A DNA stretch of 64,000 nucleotides from Nitrospirota bacterium (GCA_040758355.1 JBFLWF010000001.1:1-64000); one strand, 5' to 3'; numbered from the stretch's first letter, positions 50,971 through 60,968 are shown. A program made the numbers and translations. The notes: generated by a model not told the origin, from the letters alone.

Positions 50971-53694
50971 ATGACAAAATTCATGCAATGGATAGTAAAG
51001 AATCCTGCCATATCTGCCATCTTCCTTGTTGTTGTGCTTGTTGTTTTATCCATAAAAATCACAACCCTCGAGATTGATTCATCGGCAGAAGGACTTATGG
51101 CAGAGGGAGACCCTGAGAGGGAATATTATGAAAAGATCAAGGAAAAGTTCGGCAGCGATACCCTCACGGCAATTGTAATACAGAACAGCAGCGGCGATGT
51201 TTTTACAAAGGAAACCATCGCCTTAATAGATGCGCTCACCGAGAAGGCCAAAGAGATAGAAGGTGTTACAAAAGTCCAGAGCCTGACAACTGTCAATAAG
51301 ATTAAGGGAGAAGGAGATTTCCTTAATACGGATAAGCTGATTGAGCAGGTTCCTTCCAGCCCAGACGAATTGAGGCAGGTAAGGGAAGACGCCCTCAGGA
51401 ACGATGTCTTTATCAGCAACATCATATCGAAGGAAGGGAAGATTACAGGCATCAATATTTTTACAGAGAACCGCCTGAATGACAAAAAATTCAACGAGAA
51501 GTTTTCGAAGGAAATAGACAGGCTTATCGCCGAGAACAAGGGGAATCATAAGGTCTATCAGATAGGCAATCCAGTTGCAAAGGTGGCCTTCAGCTCATCT
51601 ATACAGAAGGATCAAAGGACGCTTATTCCATGGTCTGTTGCATTCCTTATCCTTCTTCTCCTCCTGTCGTTAAGGAGTTATTCGGCAGCATTTCTTCCGC
51701 TCCTGACAGGCGGGTTGAGCATATTTGCAACATTGGGGTTTATGACACTTATGGGCTACCAGATAAATGTAATTACCGCCATTGTTCCAGCCCTGTTGAT
51801 TGCTATAGGCTGCACCGAAGACATACATATGATAACCGAATATTTTGAAGGACTGGGGTCTGGGAAGAATAAAAAAGAGGCCATCATGTATATGGCGACC
51901 AAATGCGCACTCCCCATTACCCTCACCACTGCTACAACCGTTTTCGGCTTTTCGTCGCTGGCATTCAATAAGATTACGATACTCAAGCAGTTCGGTATTG
52001 TTGCTACATTCGGTCTTTCCATTAACTTTCTTATTACTATTATCGTAATACCGAGCTTCCTGCAGTTTATGAATGTCCCCGGAATATTCCAGAAGAAAAA
52101 ACGCAATCCCCTAAAAAGGCATATAGACAGCTTTATAGACTGGTTTATTAAACTGCCGACTCAGCATAAGACCTTGATTACCGTGGGGACTTTATTTTGC
52201 ATTGGTTTGGCTCTGGCCGGCTGTTTACGGCTGAAGGTAAATACGGACTTTATAAGTTATTTCAAGGAAGGCTCTTACATAAGGCAGCGTGTTGCCAGCA
52301 TCCATAAAGATCTGTCCGGCGCGCTGAATTTCAATATCATAGTGGAGGCCGGAGAGGAAGACAAGATTAAAGACCCGGCTGTACTCGGGCAGATTGCAGG
52401 GCTCCAGCAATATATGGACGGGTTGAAGGTGATGGATAAAAGTATTTCCATAGCGGACTATATAAAGGTGATGAACAGGGAAATGCACGGCGGTGAAAAG
52501 GAGATGCAGAAAATCCCCGACTCAAAGAACCTTGTTGCCCAATACCTCCTTTTAATGAGCGATGATGATATAAAAAGCTATGTTGACTCAAACTATTCTA
52601 CTGCTAATATAGCGGTCAGGCATAATATTACAAGTTCGGCAGAACTTACTGCCGTACTGGATAAGATTAAGGAATATGTCAATAAAAACTTCTCAAAGGA
52701 CATCGCGGTAAGGTTTACCGGTGAGGGGGTTTTGATTAACAACGCGGCAGATTATATGGCTTCAGGACAGGTAACCAGCCTCGGCTCCTCCCTCCTTACC
52801 ATATTTGCCGTTATGGCCATTTTATTCATGTCTTTTAAGGCAGGCATTATCTCTATGATCCCCAATATCATCCCGATAATCCTGAACTTCGGCATTATGG
52901 GCTGGTTTGGCGTTCCGCTGAACACAGGCACATGCATGATAGCTGCCATTGCATTGGGCATTGCAGTAGATGATACTACCCACTTCATGGCAAGGTATTA
53001 CAAGGAATTAAAGAACACCAATGATCAACAACTGGCTGTAGTTAACTCTCTTAAGGGCGAGGGGGAACCTGTTTTATTGAGCTCTGTTGCACTTGCAGTC
53101 GGGTTTGCTATTTTGGGCCTGTCCGAGTTTAATCCGACAATACATTTTGGACTGCTTTCTGCACTCGTAATGCTTATCGGGTTTGCATCCGAGATGCTTG
53201 TTACCCCTATCCTGTTGGGGGCAGTGCAGTTGATAACACTCTGGGACTTCTTGCTCTTAAAACTGAAGAGGGATATTACCAAAGAGAGTCCCCTATTTAT
53301 GAACCTCAGCCGTTCAGAGGCAAAAAAGGTTGTCCTCCTCGGCAGTATCCGCTCAGCTTCTCAGAATGAATACATTATTCGTCAGGGAGAAATAGGCGAG
53401 GAGATGTATATGATAATAACAGGGAAGGTTAAGGTAACTGTGGACAGCGAAGGCAAAAGCAAAGAACTTGGCATCCTGAAGGACGGGGATATTGTAGGTG
53501 AGATGGCGCTGGTGGGAGGCGGCACAAGGTCTGCCAATGTTATCGCATTGGAGGATACGGAGCTTTTAAAAATCGATGACAGGTCTCTTGACAGGGTCAG
53601 ACGCAGATTCCCGCGGATTGCAGCAAAGCTTTTCTTAAATATTTCGAGGATATTGAGCAGTCGCTTGAAAACTCAAAATTACGCCAATTTTTAA
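50971..53694 (+). CDS. MMPL/RND-family transporter with a C-terminal cNMP-binding domain
   Basis: Duplicated TM/periplasmic halves with IAIGCTEDIH and GIAVDDTTH; C-terminal IIRQGE.GEEMYMI..G.V, GDIVGEMAL..TRSANV. Confidence 0.9.
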   Translation: MTKFMQWIVKNPAISAIFLVVVLVVLSIKITTLEIDSSAEGLMAEGDPEREYYEKIKEKFGSDTLTAIVIQNSSGDVFTKETIALIDALTEKAKEIEGVTKVQSLTTVNKIKGEGDFLNTDKLIEQVPSSPDELRQVREDALRNDVFISNIISKEGKITGINIFTENRLNDKKFNEKFSKEIDRLIAENKGNHKVYQIGNPVAKVAFSSSIQKDQRTLIPWSVAFLILLLLLSLRSYSAAFLPLLTGGLSIFATLGFMTLMGYQINVITAIVPALLIAIGCTEDIHMITEYFEGLGSGKNKKEAIMYMATKCALPITLTTATTVFGFSSLAFNKITILKQFGIVATFGLSINFLITIIVIPSFLQFMNVPGIFQKKKRNPLKRHIDSFIDWFIKLPTQHKTLITVGTLFCIGLALAGCLRLKVNTDFISYFKEGSYIRQRVASIHKDLSGALNFNIIVEAGEEDKIKDPAVLGQIAGLQQYMDGLKVMDKSISIADYIKVMNREMHGGEKEMQKIPDSKNLVAQYLLLMSDDDIKSYVDSNYSTANIAVRHNITSSAELTAVLDKIKEYVNKNFSKDIAVRFTGEGVLINNAADYMASGQVTSLGSSLLTIFAVMAILFMSFKAGIISMIPNIIPIILNFGIMGWFGVPLNTGTCMIAAIALGIAVDDTTHFMARYYKELKNTNDQQLAVVNSLKGEGEPVLLSSVALAVGFAILGLSEFNPTIHFGLLSALVMLIGFASEMLVTPILLGAVQLITLWDFLLLKLKRDITKESPLFMNLSRSEAKKVVLLGSIRSASQNEYIIRQGEIGEEMYMIITGKVKVTVDSEGKSKELGILKDGDIVGEMALVGGGTRSANVIALEDTELLKIDDRSLDRVRRRFPRIAAKLFLNISRILSSRLKTQNYANF

Positions 53695-53764
53695 TTTTTG
53701 TTGTATTTTAGAATAAATTGTGATAAAGCTTTAATAAGCTATACTGCCGTCGTGGGGGGATATT

Positions 53765-55315
53765 ATGAAGAAATGGATATTTCTTTTGTCGGTCTTTTTT
53801 TTGATAAGCCCTTGCGTTTTGTTTGCTGGGGAGGATTTTTTCGAAAAGGGCATCGCAGAATTCAAGGCAGAAAACTATGAGGAAGCACTCGCCTTTTTTG
53901 AAAGGGCATATAAGGAAAATCCAAATGACCCCCGTATAACATCTTATCTTGGACTCATCCACCGTGAAATGCAGAATTTCTCTGAGGCAGTCAGATTTTT
54001 CAAAGAGACCCTCAAGCTTGATCCAAAGGCAGCAGAGGTAAAGTTCCTCCTGTCAGAAATGTTTTTGGGCATGGGGAATTATGAAGAGGCATTAAGCGTT
54101 ATTGACACTGCCATAAAAGAGGGGATAAGACCGGCGCAATCACAGTACTTAAAGGGGCTTATACTTCTTAAACTGAAAAAGAATACAGAGGCGGTTGAGG
54201 CATTCAAAAAGGCAAAAGAGCTCGACCCTTCATTGGCCCAGCAGGCAGACTTTCAGATCGCTACAGTCTATGTTCAGGAAAGGGAGTTTAAGAAGGCCAA
54301 GGAGGCATTTAAAGGATTAATGACAGTAGACCCGACATCAGATTGGGCATTGTTTTCAAAGGACTATCTCGATGCAATAGAAAAGATACCTCCTCCCTAC
54401 AGACTCATCTTAGGTATTGGCCTTCAGTATGACGACAATGCCCTGGCCAATCCCATAGATGAATCCCTTGTTGATATAACAAAACAGGAAGACTGGAAAA
54501 GGATATATTCGCTGCTCGGTGAATATACTGTTTATGAAAAAGGGCCGTGGAACGTAAAGACATCTTATTCCCTTAATATTACCCAGCATGATAAAAGCGA
54601 TTACAATAAGAAAAATGGAACAGAAAAGGTCTTCAGTCAGGACACAGTGAGCCATACATTCTCTATAATGCCCTCATATAATACAGAAACGGGTGTGACA
54701 AGCCTCCTGCTTTCTTATAATTATCTTGAAGTCGACTACATCAAATACAAACAGTCATTTACTGTCAGTCCGTCATACACATTTATTATCAAGGGCAACA
54801 ATCTGGGGCAGGTCTTTTTTAAATACAGGAAGGACGAGTTTGATTTCGAATACAATAAAAGGAAATTTGGAGCGTATCTCAGCAAAGCAGAGGACAGGGA
54901 TGCAAGTTATTTTTCATTGGGTGTCGGCTATATCTATACCTTTAAAAAAGGCAATGGCCTGTTTAATATAAGGCTGGAGGGAGACATCAATGACGCTGAC
55001 GGCCCAAACTGGGATTATGCCGGCGTGAAGGTGTCGGGCGGTCTTTTATACCCCTTTATAGACAATAAGTTCAGGGCAAATATCTTTGCAGAGGCATACA
55101 GACAAAACTACTCAAATGAACATTCTATTTACAAGAAAATCCCGAGGAATACGAGAAAAGACGATAACTACACTGTTCAGACATCCTTAACCTATAACAT
55201 CATGAAGCCTCTGGATATAAGCGTGGGTTATACATATATGAAGACCCTTTCCAATATAGCTGTCTACGAATTCAAGAAAAACCTTTATACATTAAGCCTT
55301 GAGTACAGGTTTTAA
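53765..55315 (+). CDS. TPR protein with a C-terminal outer-membrane beta-barrel (SLAM/DUF560-like)
   Basis: Signal peptide, several TPRs, GLQYDDN at the barrel start, terminal LSLEYRF beta-signal. Confidence 0.78.
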   Translation: MKKWIFLLSVFFLISPCVLFAGEDFFEKGIAEFKAENYEEALAFFERAYKENPNDPRITSYLGLIHREMQNFSEAVRFFKETLKLDPKAAEVKFLLSEMFLGMGNYEEALSVIDTAIKEGIRPAQSQYLKGLILLKLKKNTEAVEAFKKAKELDPSLAQQADFQIATVYVQEREFKKAKEAFKGLMTVDPTSDWALFSKDYLDAIEKIPPPYRLILGIGLQYDDNALANPIDESLVDITKQEDWKRIYSLLGEYTVYEKGPWNVKTSYSLNITQHDKSDYNKKNGTEKVFSQDTVSHTFSIMPSYNTETGVTSLLLSYNYLEVDYIKYKQSFTVSPSYTFIIKGNNLGQVFFKYRKDEFDFEYNKRKFGAYLSKAEDRDASYFSLGVGYIYTFKKGNGLFNIRLEGDINDADGPNWDYAGVKVSGGLLYPFIDNKFRANIFAEAYRQNYSNEHSIYKKIPRNTRKDDNYTVQTSLTYNIMKPLDISVGYTYMKTLSNIAVYEFKKNLYTLSLEYRF

Positions 55316-55327
55316 AGGAGGCAAGCC

Positions 55328-57169
55328 ATGAAAAATACAGGTCTTAGGTCATGGGGAATGGGTTATAGGTCAGGCTATTTCGTTACTCGTTATTCGTTAC
55401 TCATTGCCTTCTTAATACTGGTCACTGGCTACTGGCTACCGGCCACTCCTGCTGAGGCGCAGGTGGCTGGCCAAATAGCTGGCAAGATAACAAAGGTGGA
55501 AGGCAGGGTGGATATACTGAGGGCAGGTGCCGCTGCTGCTGTACCAGTAAAAATGGGCGATGCTGTAAATGTTGGAGACATTCTGAGGACAAAGAGCGAT
55601 GGCAAGGCAGAGATAACATTCATTGACAACACTGCAATGACGGTTGGTCCGAGGTCAAGGCTCGGAATAGACGAGTATCTTTATAAGCCCGATGAACAAC
55701 AGAGGTCTGCATCATTAAAAATTTACAGGGGAAGGACGGGATTTCAAATTCCAAAGCCTGTTTATTCTGCCGAAGGAAGCAAATTTGAGATGAAGACAAA
55801 GACAGCAGTGGCAGGCGTCAGAGGTACAGAAGGGATAATCCATACAGATGGCGTAGAGAGAGTGTATGTAAAGGACGGCGTAATAGAGTTTAAGAATCCA
55901 CTCGGCAGTGTAATAGTTTCTAAAGGCGAGGTTGGAGAGGTATTTGTCGGCAGAGCGCCTGTGGAAAGGCCTTACAGCGAGAGGGAATACCAGCAGCAGG
56001 AAAAACAGGTAACGCCGGCGCCGCCAGGAAGGGCAGAAGCCCCAGAGGCGCCTCCGCCACCGCCAGCAGCGCCACCAAAGCCGCCTGAGATAGTATTACC
56101 ACCAACGCCTCCTCAGGATCTCCCTAAAATTAAGGATATCGCATTAAACAAGGTATTCGATGCCTCAGCAAGCATACTTGATGGAGAGATACACTGGTTT
56201 AAGCCAATAGGTAGCCCTAATGAAGGCACAGCAGCCGTTATCCAGAGCGGCTCAGTATCAGGAAACTTTAACCAGACAATCCTTGAAGGTGGATATTATA
56301 AATTGGATATGAGCGGCTCTTATGCGTGGGTAGCCGGAAGGTCTGTTGACCCTCTTTCTAATGCTACCGATGACTGGTTCCATTTCTTCTACTCAGGCAG
56401 CGCGGATGGGAAACCATTTTACGGCGCAAGTGTTGGAGATATCCTTCGCGACCCTAATAACTCCAGTCTTGTGCATCCAAATAAACTCTGGTCTGGCGGA
56501 AATATAGGGTGGATAGAGGACGGCTCAAAAAAGTACTGGTACATTGGAGGGCTTTCAGGCAGTTACACAAACATATTCTATAATAATAACTATGGAGACC
56601 GGACAGGTCAGAGCGGCACATTTACTGCAACATCTGACGGACTCTTCTGGGACGGCTCAAAGCCTTTATGGGAGCAGTTTGACAAGATAATACCGACCCT
56701 TCCTTCAAAGCCGGATTTCTTTGTGCCAATTACAGAAACCGCACTCAGGACATATGATATAAGCGGCTCAGGGACATTAAATATTTCCGGCTCAGGGACA
56801 TCGGGTACGATTAATACAACCATATCAGGTAAGGGCATAGAGCTAACGCCGGGAAGCGGCCTTTTTGATGTAAATGCCACAGGAAGCTGGAGCCTCGTGT
56901 CGGGCAGCTTCAGCAATTTAAGAGACATTGACGGCACTATAAGTGCTACAACATCTATTACCGGTGCAACCACTTACTCTATGCAGATCGAAGGTGGAAT
57001 AAAGACCTTAGACAGCAACACTGCCATAGTTGGTGCAGATGTTAGGAAATATGGCGACACGAATCCAGCAGGTGTAATGGTAGGAAAGATGACAGCTACT
57101 TCTTCCACATCAGGGACACTGGATGCCAAGGCAATTGGAGAGGTGAAATCAGGATTCCTGCTGCCATAA
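55328..57169 (+). CDS. Exported FecR-domain protein with a Pro-rich linker and a Ser/Thr/Gly-rich beta domain
   Basis: GD.LRT..DGKAEITF.D, TAVAGVRGTE; PPPPPAAPP linker; beta-rich C-terminus. Confidence 0.82.
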   Translation: MKNTGLRSWGMGYRSGYFVTRYSLLIAFLILVTGYWLPATPAEAQVAGQIAGKITKVEGRVDILRAGAAAAVPVKMGDAVNVGDILRTKSDGKAEITFIDNTAMTVGPRSRLGIDEYLYKPDEQQRSASLKIYRGRTGFQIPKPVYSAEGSKFEMKTKTAVAGVRGTEGIIHTDGVERVYVKDGVIEFKNPLGSVIVSKGEVGEVFVGRAPVERPYSEREYQQQEKQVTPAPPGRAEAPEAPPPPPAAPPKPPEIVLPPTPPQDLPKIKDIALNKVFDASASILDGEIHWFKPIGSPNEGTAAVIQSGSVSGNFNQTILEGGYYKLDMSGSYAWVAGRSVDPLSNATDDWFHFFYSGSADGKPFYGASVGDILRDPNNSSLVHPNKLWSGGNIGWIEDGSKKYWYIGGLSGSYTNIFYNNNYGDRTGQSGTFTATSDGLFWDGSKPLWEQFDKIIPTLPSKPDFFVPITETALRTYDISGSGTLNISGSGTSGTINTTISGKGIELTPGSGLFDVNATGSWSLVSGSFSNLRDIDGTISATTSITGATTYSMQIEGGIKTLDSNTAIVGADVRKYGDTNPAGVMVGKMTATSSTSGTLDAKAIGEVKSGFLLP

Positions 57170-57186
57170 ATCCGAAAGTCAGGGAA

Positions 57187-57236
57187 CTGGGACAGTCCCG
57201 AATCTACGGCTTTGCCCGTAATTCTGGGACAGTCCC
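57187..57236. repeat. Paired CTGGGACAGTCCC palindromic REP-like motifs
   Basis: Two copies (57187-57199 and 57224-57236) around an inner stem, at the junction of convergent genes. Confidence 0.6.
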
Positions 57237-58979
57237 CTCGAGATATGCCTTATCCAGATTTTTCCGGTAGTTCTCATTATCAGGATTTATGTCTATTGCT
57301 TTCTTAAAGTGGATGATAGCATCATCAATCTTTCCCTGCTTCATGTAGGTCAGTCCAAGATTATTATATGCCCTGTCATAATCTGAATTTAGTCTCAGGG
57401 CGTTATGAAATTCATTGACTGCCTCATCAAATTGCTTTTGATTTAGATGCATGATGCCGAGATTGTTATGGATAATATAGTGAGGCTTAATCTGCAGTGC
57501 CTTTTGAAGCTCATGTATTGCATCATTTAGCCGTCCCTGTGTTGCATATACCAATCCGAGATTATTGAGCGTCTCCACATGATGGGGATTTAGCTTTAAT
57601 GCATTCTGAAATTCCATTACTGCATAGTCAAATCTTTTTTGTTCGGCATAGATTAATCCAAGGTTGTAGTAACCATCGGGATAATCAGGTGCATCCTTTA
57701 TCATCCTTATTGTAAAGGTATAATGGTCTTTCCATGCATAGCTGTATGAAAAGCTCAAGATTGAAAGTGCAGTGATAATACACAGTCCGGCAGTATTTAT
57801 TATCAAATTTTTATCTTTTAACTGATCTCTGATTTTAACAAAACCTATGGCAACAGCCATCGAAAAACCAACGGATGGGACACAGAGATACCTGTCAGCC
57901 ATTAAAAATGGCTTTATGAAAATAAAAATCCCTGAAACAGGGATTATTGTTATGAAAATCCATGAAAGGCTGAAAAATAATTTTCTATCGTATCGTTTGG
58001 AAAATATAACGAGGGCGATAATGATGCAAAGAAAAACGAGAGAGAGCATAACACCCTGCCCGAATAAAGCCTTTCTTATAGGTATTTCATAAGCGACCTT
58101 GAGACTTACAGGAAGGATGAGCACCTTTAAATATTTTAAAAGTAGAATCGGCGCAGTGTAGATGTGCCATACAAATGGGTCTTTTCCAACTCCCTTGAAT
58201 GCCTGTTCAAGGAACGCAAATCTCAAGATAAAATAGGGAATAGTGACTGCGCAATAAATCAGAGGCCAGAGGAGTTTTTTCTTTAATCGACCTTTTTCAA
58301 AACATATGCCATAAAGGAGGATAATCAGAGGCAGTGTTATTGCTATCTCGTGAATAAGAAGGGAAAGAAAAAATAAAATGAGGGAAGCAGCAATATATTT
58401 TGCCTTGCGCTTCTCGCAGTAGAGGGTATAAAAATATACGGAAAAAACCATAAAGATGGCCAGTAGCATATTATTTCTGCCTGTAATCCATGCTACGGCC
58501 TCAACATGGGATGGATGTACAGAAAAGACGAGCCCAGCAACAAATGCAGCGGTATTGTTGCTCACTATCCTTAAGGCAAGGAGATATACTGCGATGGATG
58601 CTATTGCATGAAGCAGGATGTTGGTTATGTGGTATCCGAGGGGGTTTTCTTTCCAGAAGATATGGTCTATTGCAAAAGAGAGGGCATAAATGGGTCTGTA
58701 ATAATCTCCTCTGAAAAAACCATCGACTCCCTTCCACAAATGGGCAGTGAACAGGTAAGGGATCTTTTCGACATCTGTTATGAACTTATTTCCTTTAATG
58801 AAAGGGATATCATCCCATACAAAGTCCATAAACAGTGTGTTTGAGTAAACTAATATGCTTGCTAAGGCAATGATGACAATGTGCTTATAGTTAAAGCGTG
58901 AAACATCTTTATCGATATTTTGTAAGGCAGGTGTGCTATTGTTTTTTGTGCCTTTCCCTGGCTTTTTATTCTTACCCAT
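57204..58979 (-). CDS. TMTC-like GT-C glycosyltransferase (protein O-mannosyltransferase-like) with TPRs
   Basis: FVWDD, YYRP, HPSHVEAVAWITGR, ADRYL, about 10 TMs, C-terminal NNLG TPRs. Confidence 0.82.
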   Translation of the reverse strand: MGKNKKPGKGTKNNSTPALQNIDKDVSRFNYKHIVIIALASILVYSNTLFMDFVWDDIPFIKGNKFITDVEKIPYLFTAHLWKGVDGFFRGDYYRPIYALSFAIDHIFWKENPLGYHITNILLHAIASIAVYLLALRIVSNNTAAFVAGLVFSVHPSHVEAVAWITGRNNMLLAIFMVFSVYFYTLYCEKRKAKYIAASLILFFLSLLIHEIAITLPLIILLYGICFEKGRLKKKLLWPLIYCAVTIPYFILRFAFLEQAFKGVGKDPFVWHIYTAPILLLKYLKVLILPVSLKVAYEIPIRKALFGQGVMLSLVFLCIIIALVIFSKRYDRKLFFSLSWIFITIIPVSGIFIFIKPFLMADRYLCVPSVGFSMAVAIGFVKIRDQLKDKNLIINTAGLCIITALSILSFSYSYAWKDHYTFTIRMIKDAPDYPDGYYNLGLIYAEQKRFDYAVMEFQNALKLNPHHVETLNNLGLVYATQGRLNDAIHELQKALQIKPHYIIHNNLGIMHLNQKQFDEAVNEFHNALRLNSDYDRAYNNLGLTYMKQGKIDDAIIHFKKAIDINPDNENYRKNLDKAYLEGTVPELRAKP

Positions 58980-58992
58980 TCGTCTAAACTGT

Positions 58993-60963
58993 CTATTTTT
59001 CCTTCATTGTAACGACCTTTTCTTCTTCCACCTCTTTAACTCTCGATTCAGCCCCCTGCTCAAGACCCTTAACCTCATAGATCGCAACAGGCTGTTCTTT
59101 CCCTTTAACAACCACCTTTTCGAGCCCTGTTACTTCGGTACGCCATAGTTTTCCTGTTGTGATTAACTCCTTTATCTTATTCATAGTAAATTCCGTCATC
59201 AGGATATGCACATTATACTTCCTTGTAAGCCCTTCTACCCTTGAGCCTAAATTCACATGGTCTCCAATGACGGTATAGTCCATCTTCTTGCCTTCTGCGC
59301 CGATATTGCCTACAAGCACCTCGCCTGTGTTTATTCCAATCCCGCAATCAAGAACAGGCTTGCCTTCGGCCTGCCATTTCTGCTGAAGTTCTTCGAGTCT
59401 TTTAACCATATTCAATGCACATTTGATGGCAAGCTCAGCATGGTTTTCCTGTTTCATTGGAGCGCCCCAGAATGCGAGAATTGCATCGCCGATGAATTTA
59501 TCCAGAGTTCCTTCCCATTTGAAGACTATATCTGTCATTTCGCCGAGATATTCATTCAGTATGGAAACAACCTCTTCAGGTGAATGCTTTTCGGATAAGG
59601 ATGTAAATCCCCTTACATCGGAGAAGAGAACTGTTATCTCTCTTCTTTCGCCGCCCAGTTTAGCCATACTTGGATTTTTGATCAGTTCATTGACTATTTT
59701 TTCTGTTACATAGCTCGAGAACATTGCCCTGATTTTTCTTGCACGCTTTTCCTCTACGGCATAGTTGTAAGCTGTAACGCTTATGAATATAAACAGTATG
59801 TTAATCGAAGGATATGCGATATTTATCCAGAGACCGTTTTTAGCAAACAGATAGTAGCCAGACAAAAGCACGAGCAGGAGAAAAATGCCTGCGATGGCTG
59901 AAGCGCCTGCTGCCTTAAACCTCGGTATCAGGATGGAAAGCAGGCATCCGGATAACAAAAGGACAATCAGGTTTGTCGATAGAGAAACACATCTGATAAT
60001 CCTGTTCTCCAGAATAGACGATATGACGTTTGCATGTTTTTCGACTCCGGGCATTGCAGGAGAAAAAGGAGTAACCCTTAAATCGTAAATACCCACAGCA
60101 GTTGCACCAATAAGCACTATTTTGCCCTGCAGGTCATCGGGCCTTACACTTCCCTCAAGGACATCTGAGATGGAGATGTGCCTGAATGTCTGGTTAGTGC
60201 CGTAATAATGGATGAGCGACCTCCCCCATCTGTCAGTTGGAATAAATCTCTTGCCAAGTTGTATGCCCTCCGTTGCCTTTATAACAACCTTTTCATGAGG
60301 AATACCTAAATAAAAGGCTGCTGCCTGAAGCGTGATCGATGGATAGAGATAGTCTTTATATCCGATTATCAGAGACTCCCACCTTAGTGTGCCGTCGCTG
60401 TCCGGGAACATATTGATATGTCCAAGCCCCATCACATTCTGTATGATCTCAGGCACAGGGATAAGAACCCTTTTCGACATGATTGGATTGTATTTATAAA
60501 ACATCTCATGGTTTGCAATGGATGTAAATGCAGAGCTTAAAAGGAAGTCGCTTTCAGGCAGGTCTGAATCCTTTTCAAAGTCAAAGACAACAGGCAGTAT
60601 CACATTGCCTGCATCATTAATAGCCCTGCCAAGCAATGGGTCATTCTTCTCTTTTTCACTAAGTATTATGTCAAAGACAATTATCTCCGCACCTGCGTCA
60701 TTTAACTTATTAACGAGTTCTGCAATCTTGTCCCTGTCCCACGGCCACCTGCCGAGCTTTTCTATGCTCTTCTCATCTATTGCTGCAATTAATACAGTGT
60801 CGGGAGGTTTAATTGTCCCCCTGACTTTAAATCTGTAATCGAGGAGCTTTTCTTCGAGTGTTTCGAGAGGGGATAGTTTGAGAAGCATTAATACTATCGT
60901 AAATGTCGTAATGGAAAGTCCGATGAGAATTCCTAACTTGCCCTTTCTTACTATTTCCAGCAA
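58993..60963 (-). CDS. CHASE2-domain class III adenylate cyclase
   Basis: CHASE2 (IDEKSI..LGRWPW.R, DSDG.LR, PGVEKHA); three TMs; FSDVRGFT, DKFIGDA, YTVIGD.VNLGSR with the Lys/Thr that specify ATP. Confidence 0.93.
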   Translation of the reverse strand: MLEIVRKGKLGILIGLSITTFTIVLMLLKLSPLETLEEKLLDYRFKVRGTIKPPDTVLIAAIDEKSIEKLGRWPWDRDKIAELVNKLNDAGAEIIVFDIILSEKEKNDPLLGRAINDAGNVILPVVFDFEKDSDLPESDFLLSSAFTSIANHEMFYKYNPIMSKRVLIPVPEIIQNVMGLGHINMFPDSDGTLRWESLIIGYKDYLYPSITLQAAAFYLGIPHEKVVIKATEGIQLGKRFIPTDRWGRSLIHYYGTNQTFRHISISDVLEGSVRPDDLQGKIVLIGATAVGIYDLRVTPFSPAMPGVEKHANVISSILENRIIRCVSLSTNLIVLLLSGCLLSILIPRFKAAGASAIAGIFLLLVLLSGYYLFAKNGLWINIAYPSINILFIFISVTAYNYAVEEKRARKIRAMFSSYVTEKIVNELIKNPSMAKLGGERREITVLFSDVRGFTSLSEKHSPEEVVSILNEYLGEMTDIVFKWEGTLDKFIGDAILAFWGAPMKQENHAELAIKCALNMVKRLEELQQKWQAEGKPVLDCGIGINTGEVLVGNIGAEGKKMDYTVIGDHVNLGSRVEGLTRKYNVHILMTEFTMNKIKELITTGKLWRTEVTGLEKVVVKGKEQPVAIYEVKGLEQGAESRVKEVEEEKVVTMKEK

Positions 60964-60968
60964 CGGTT

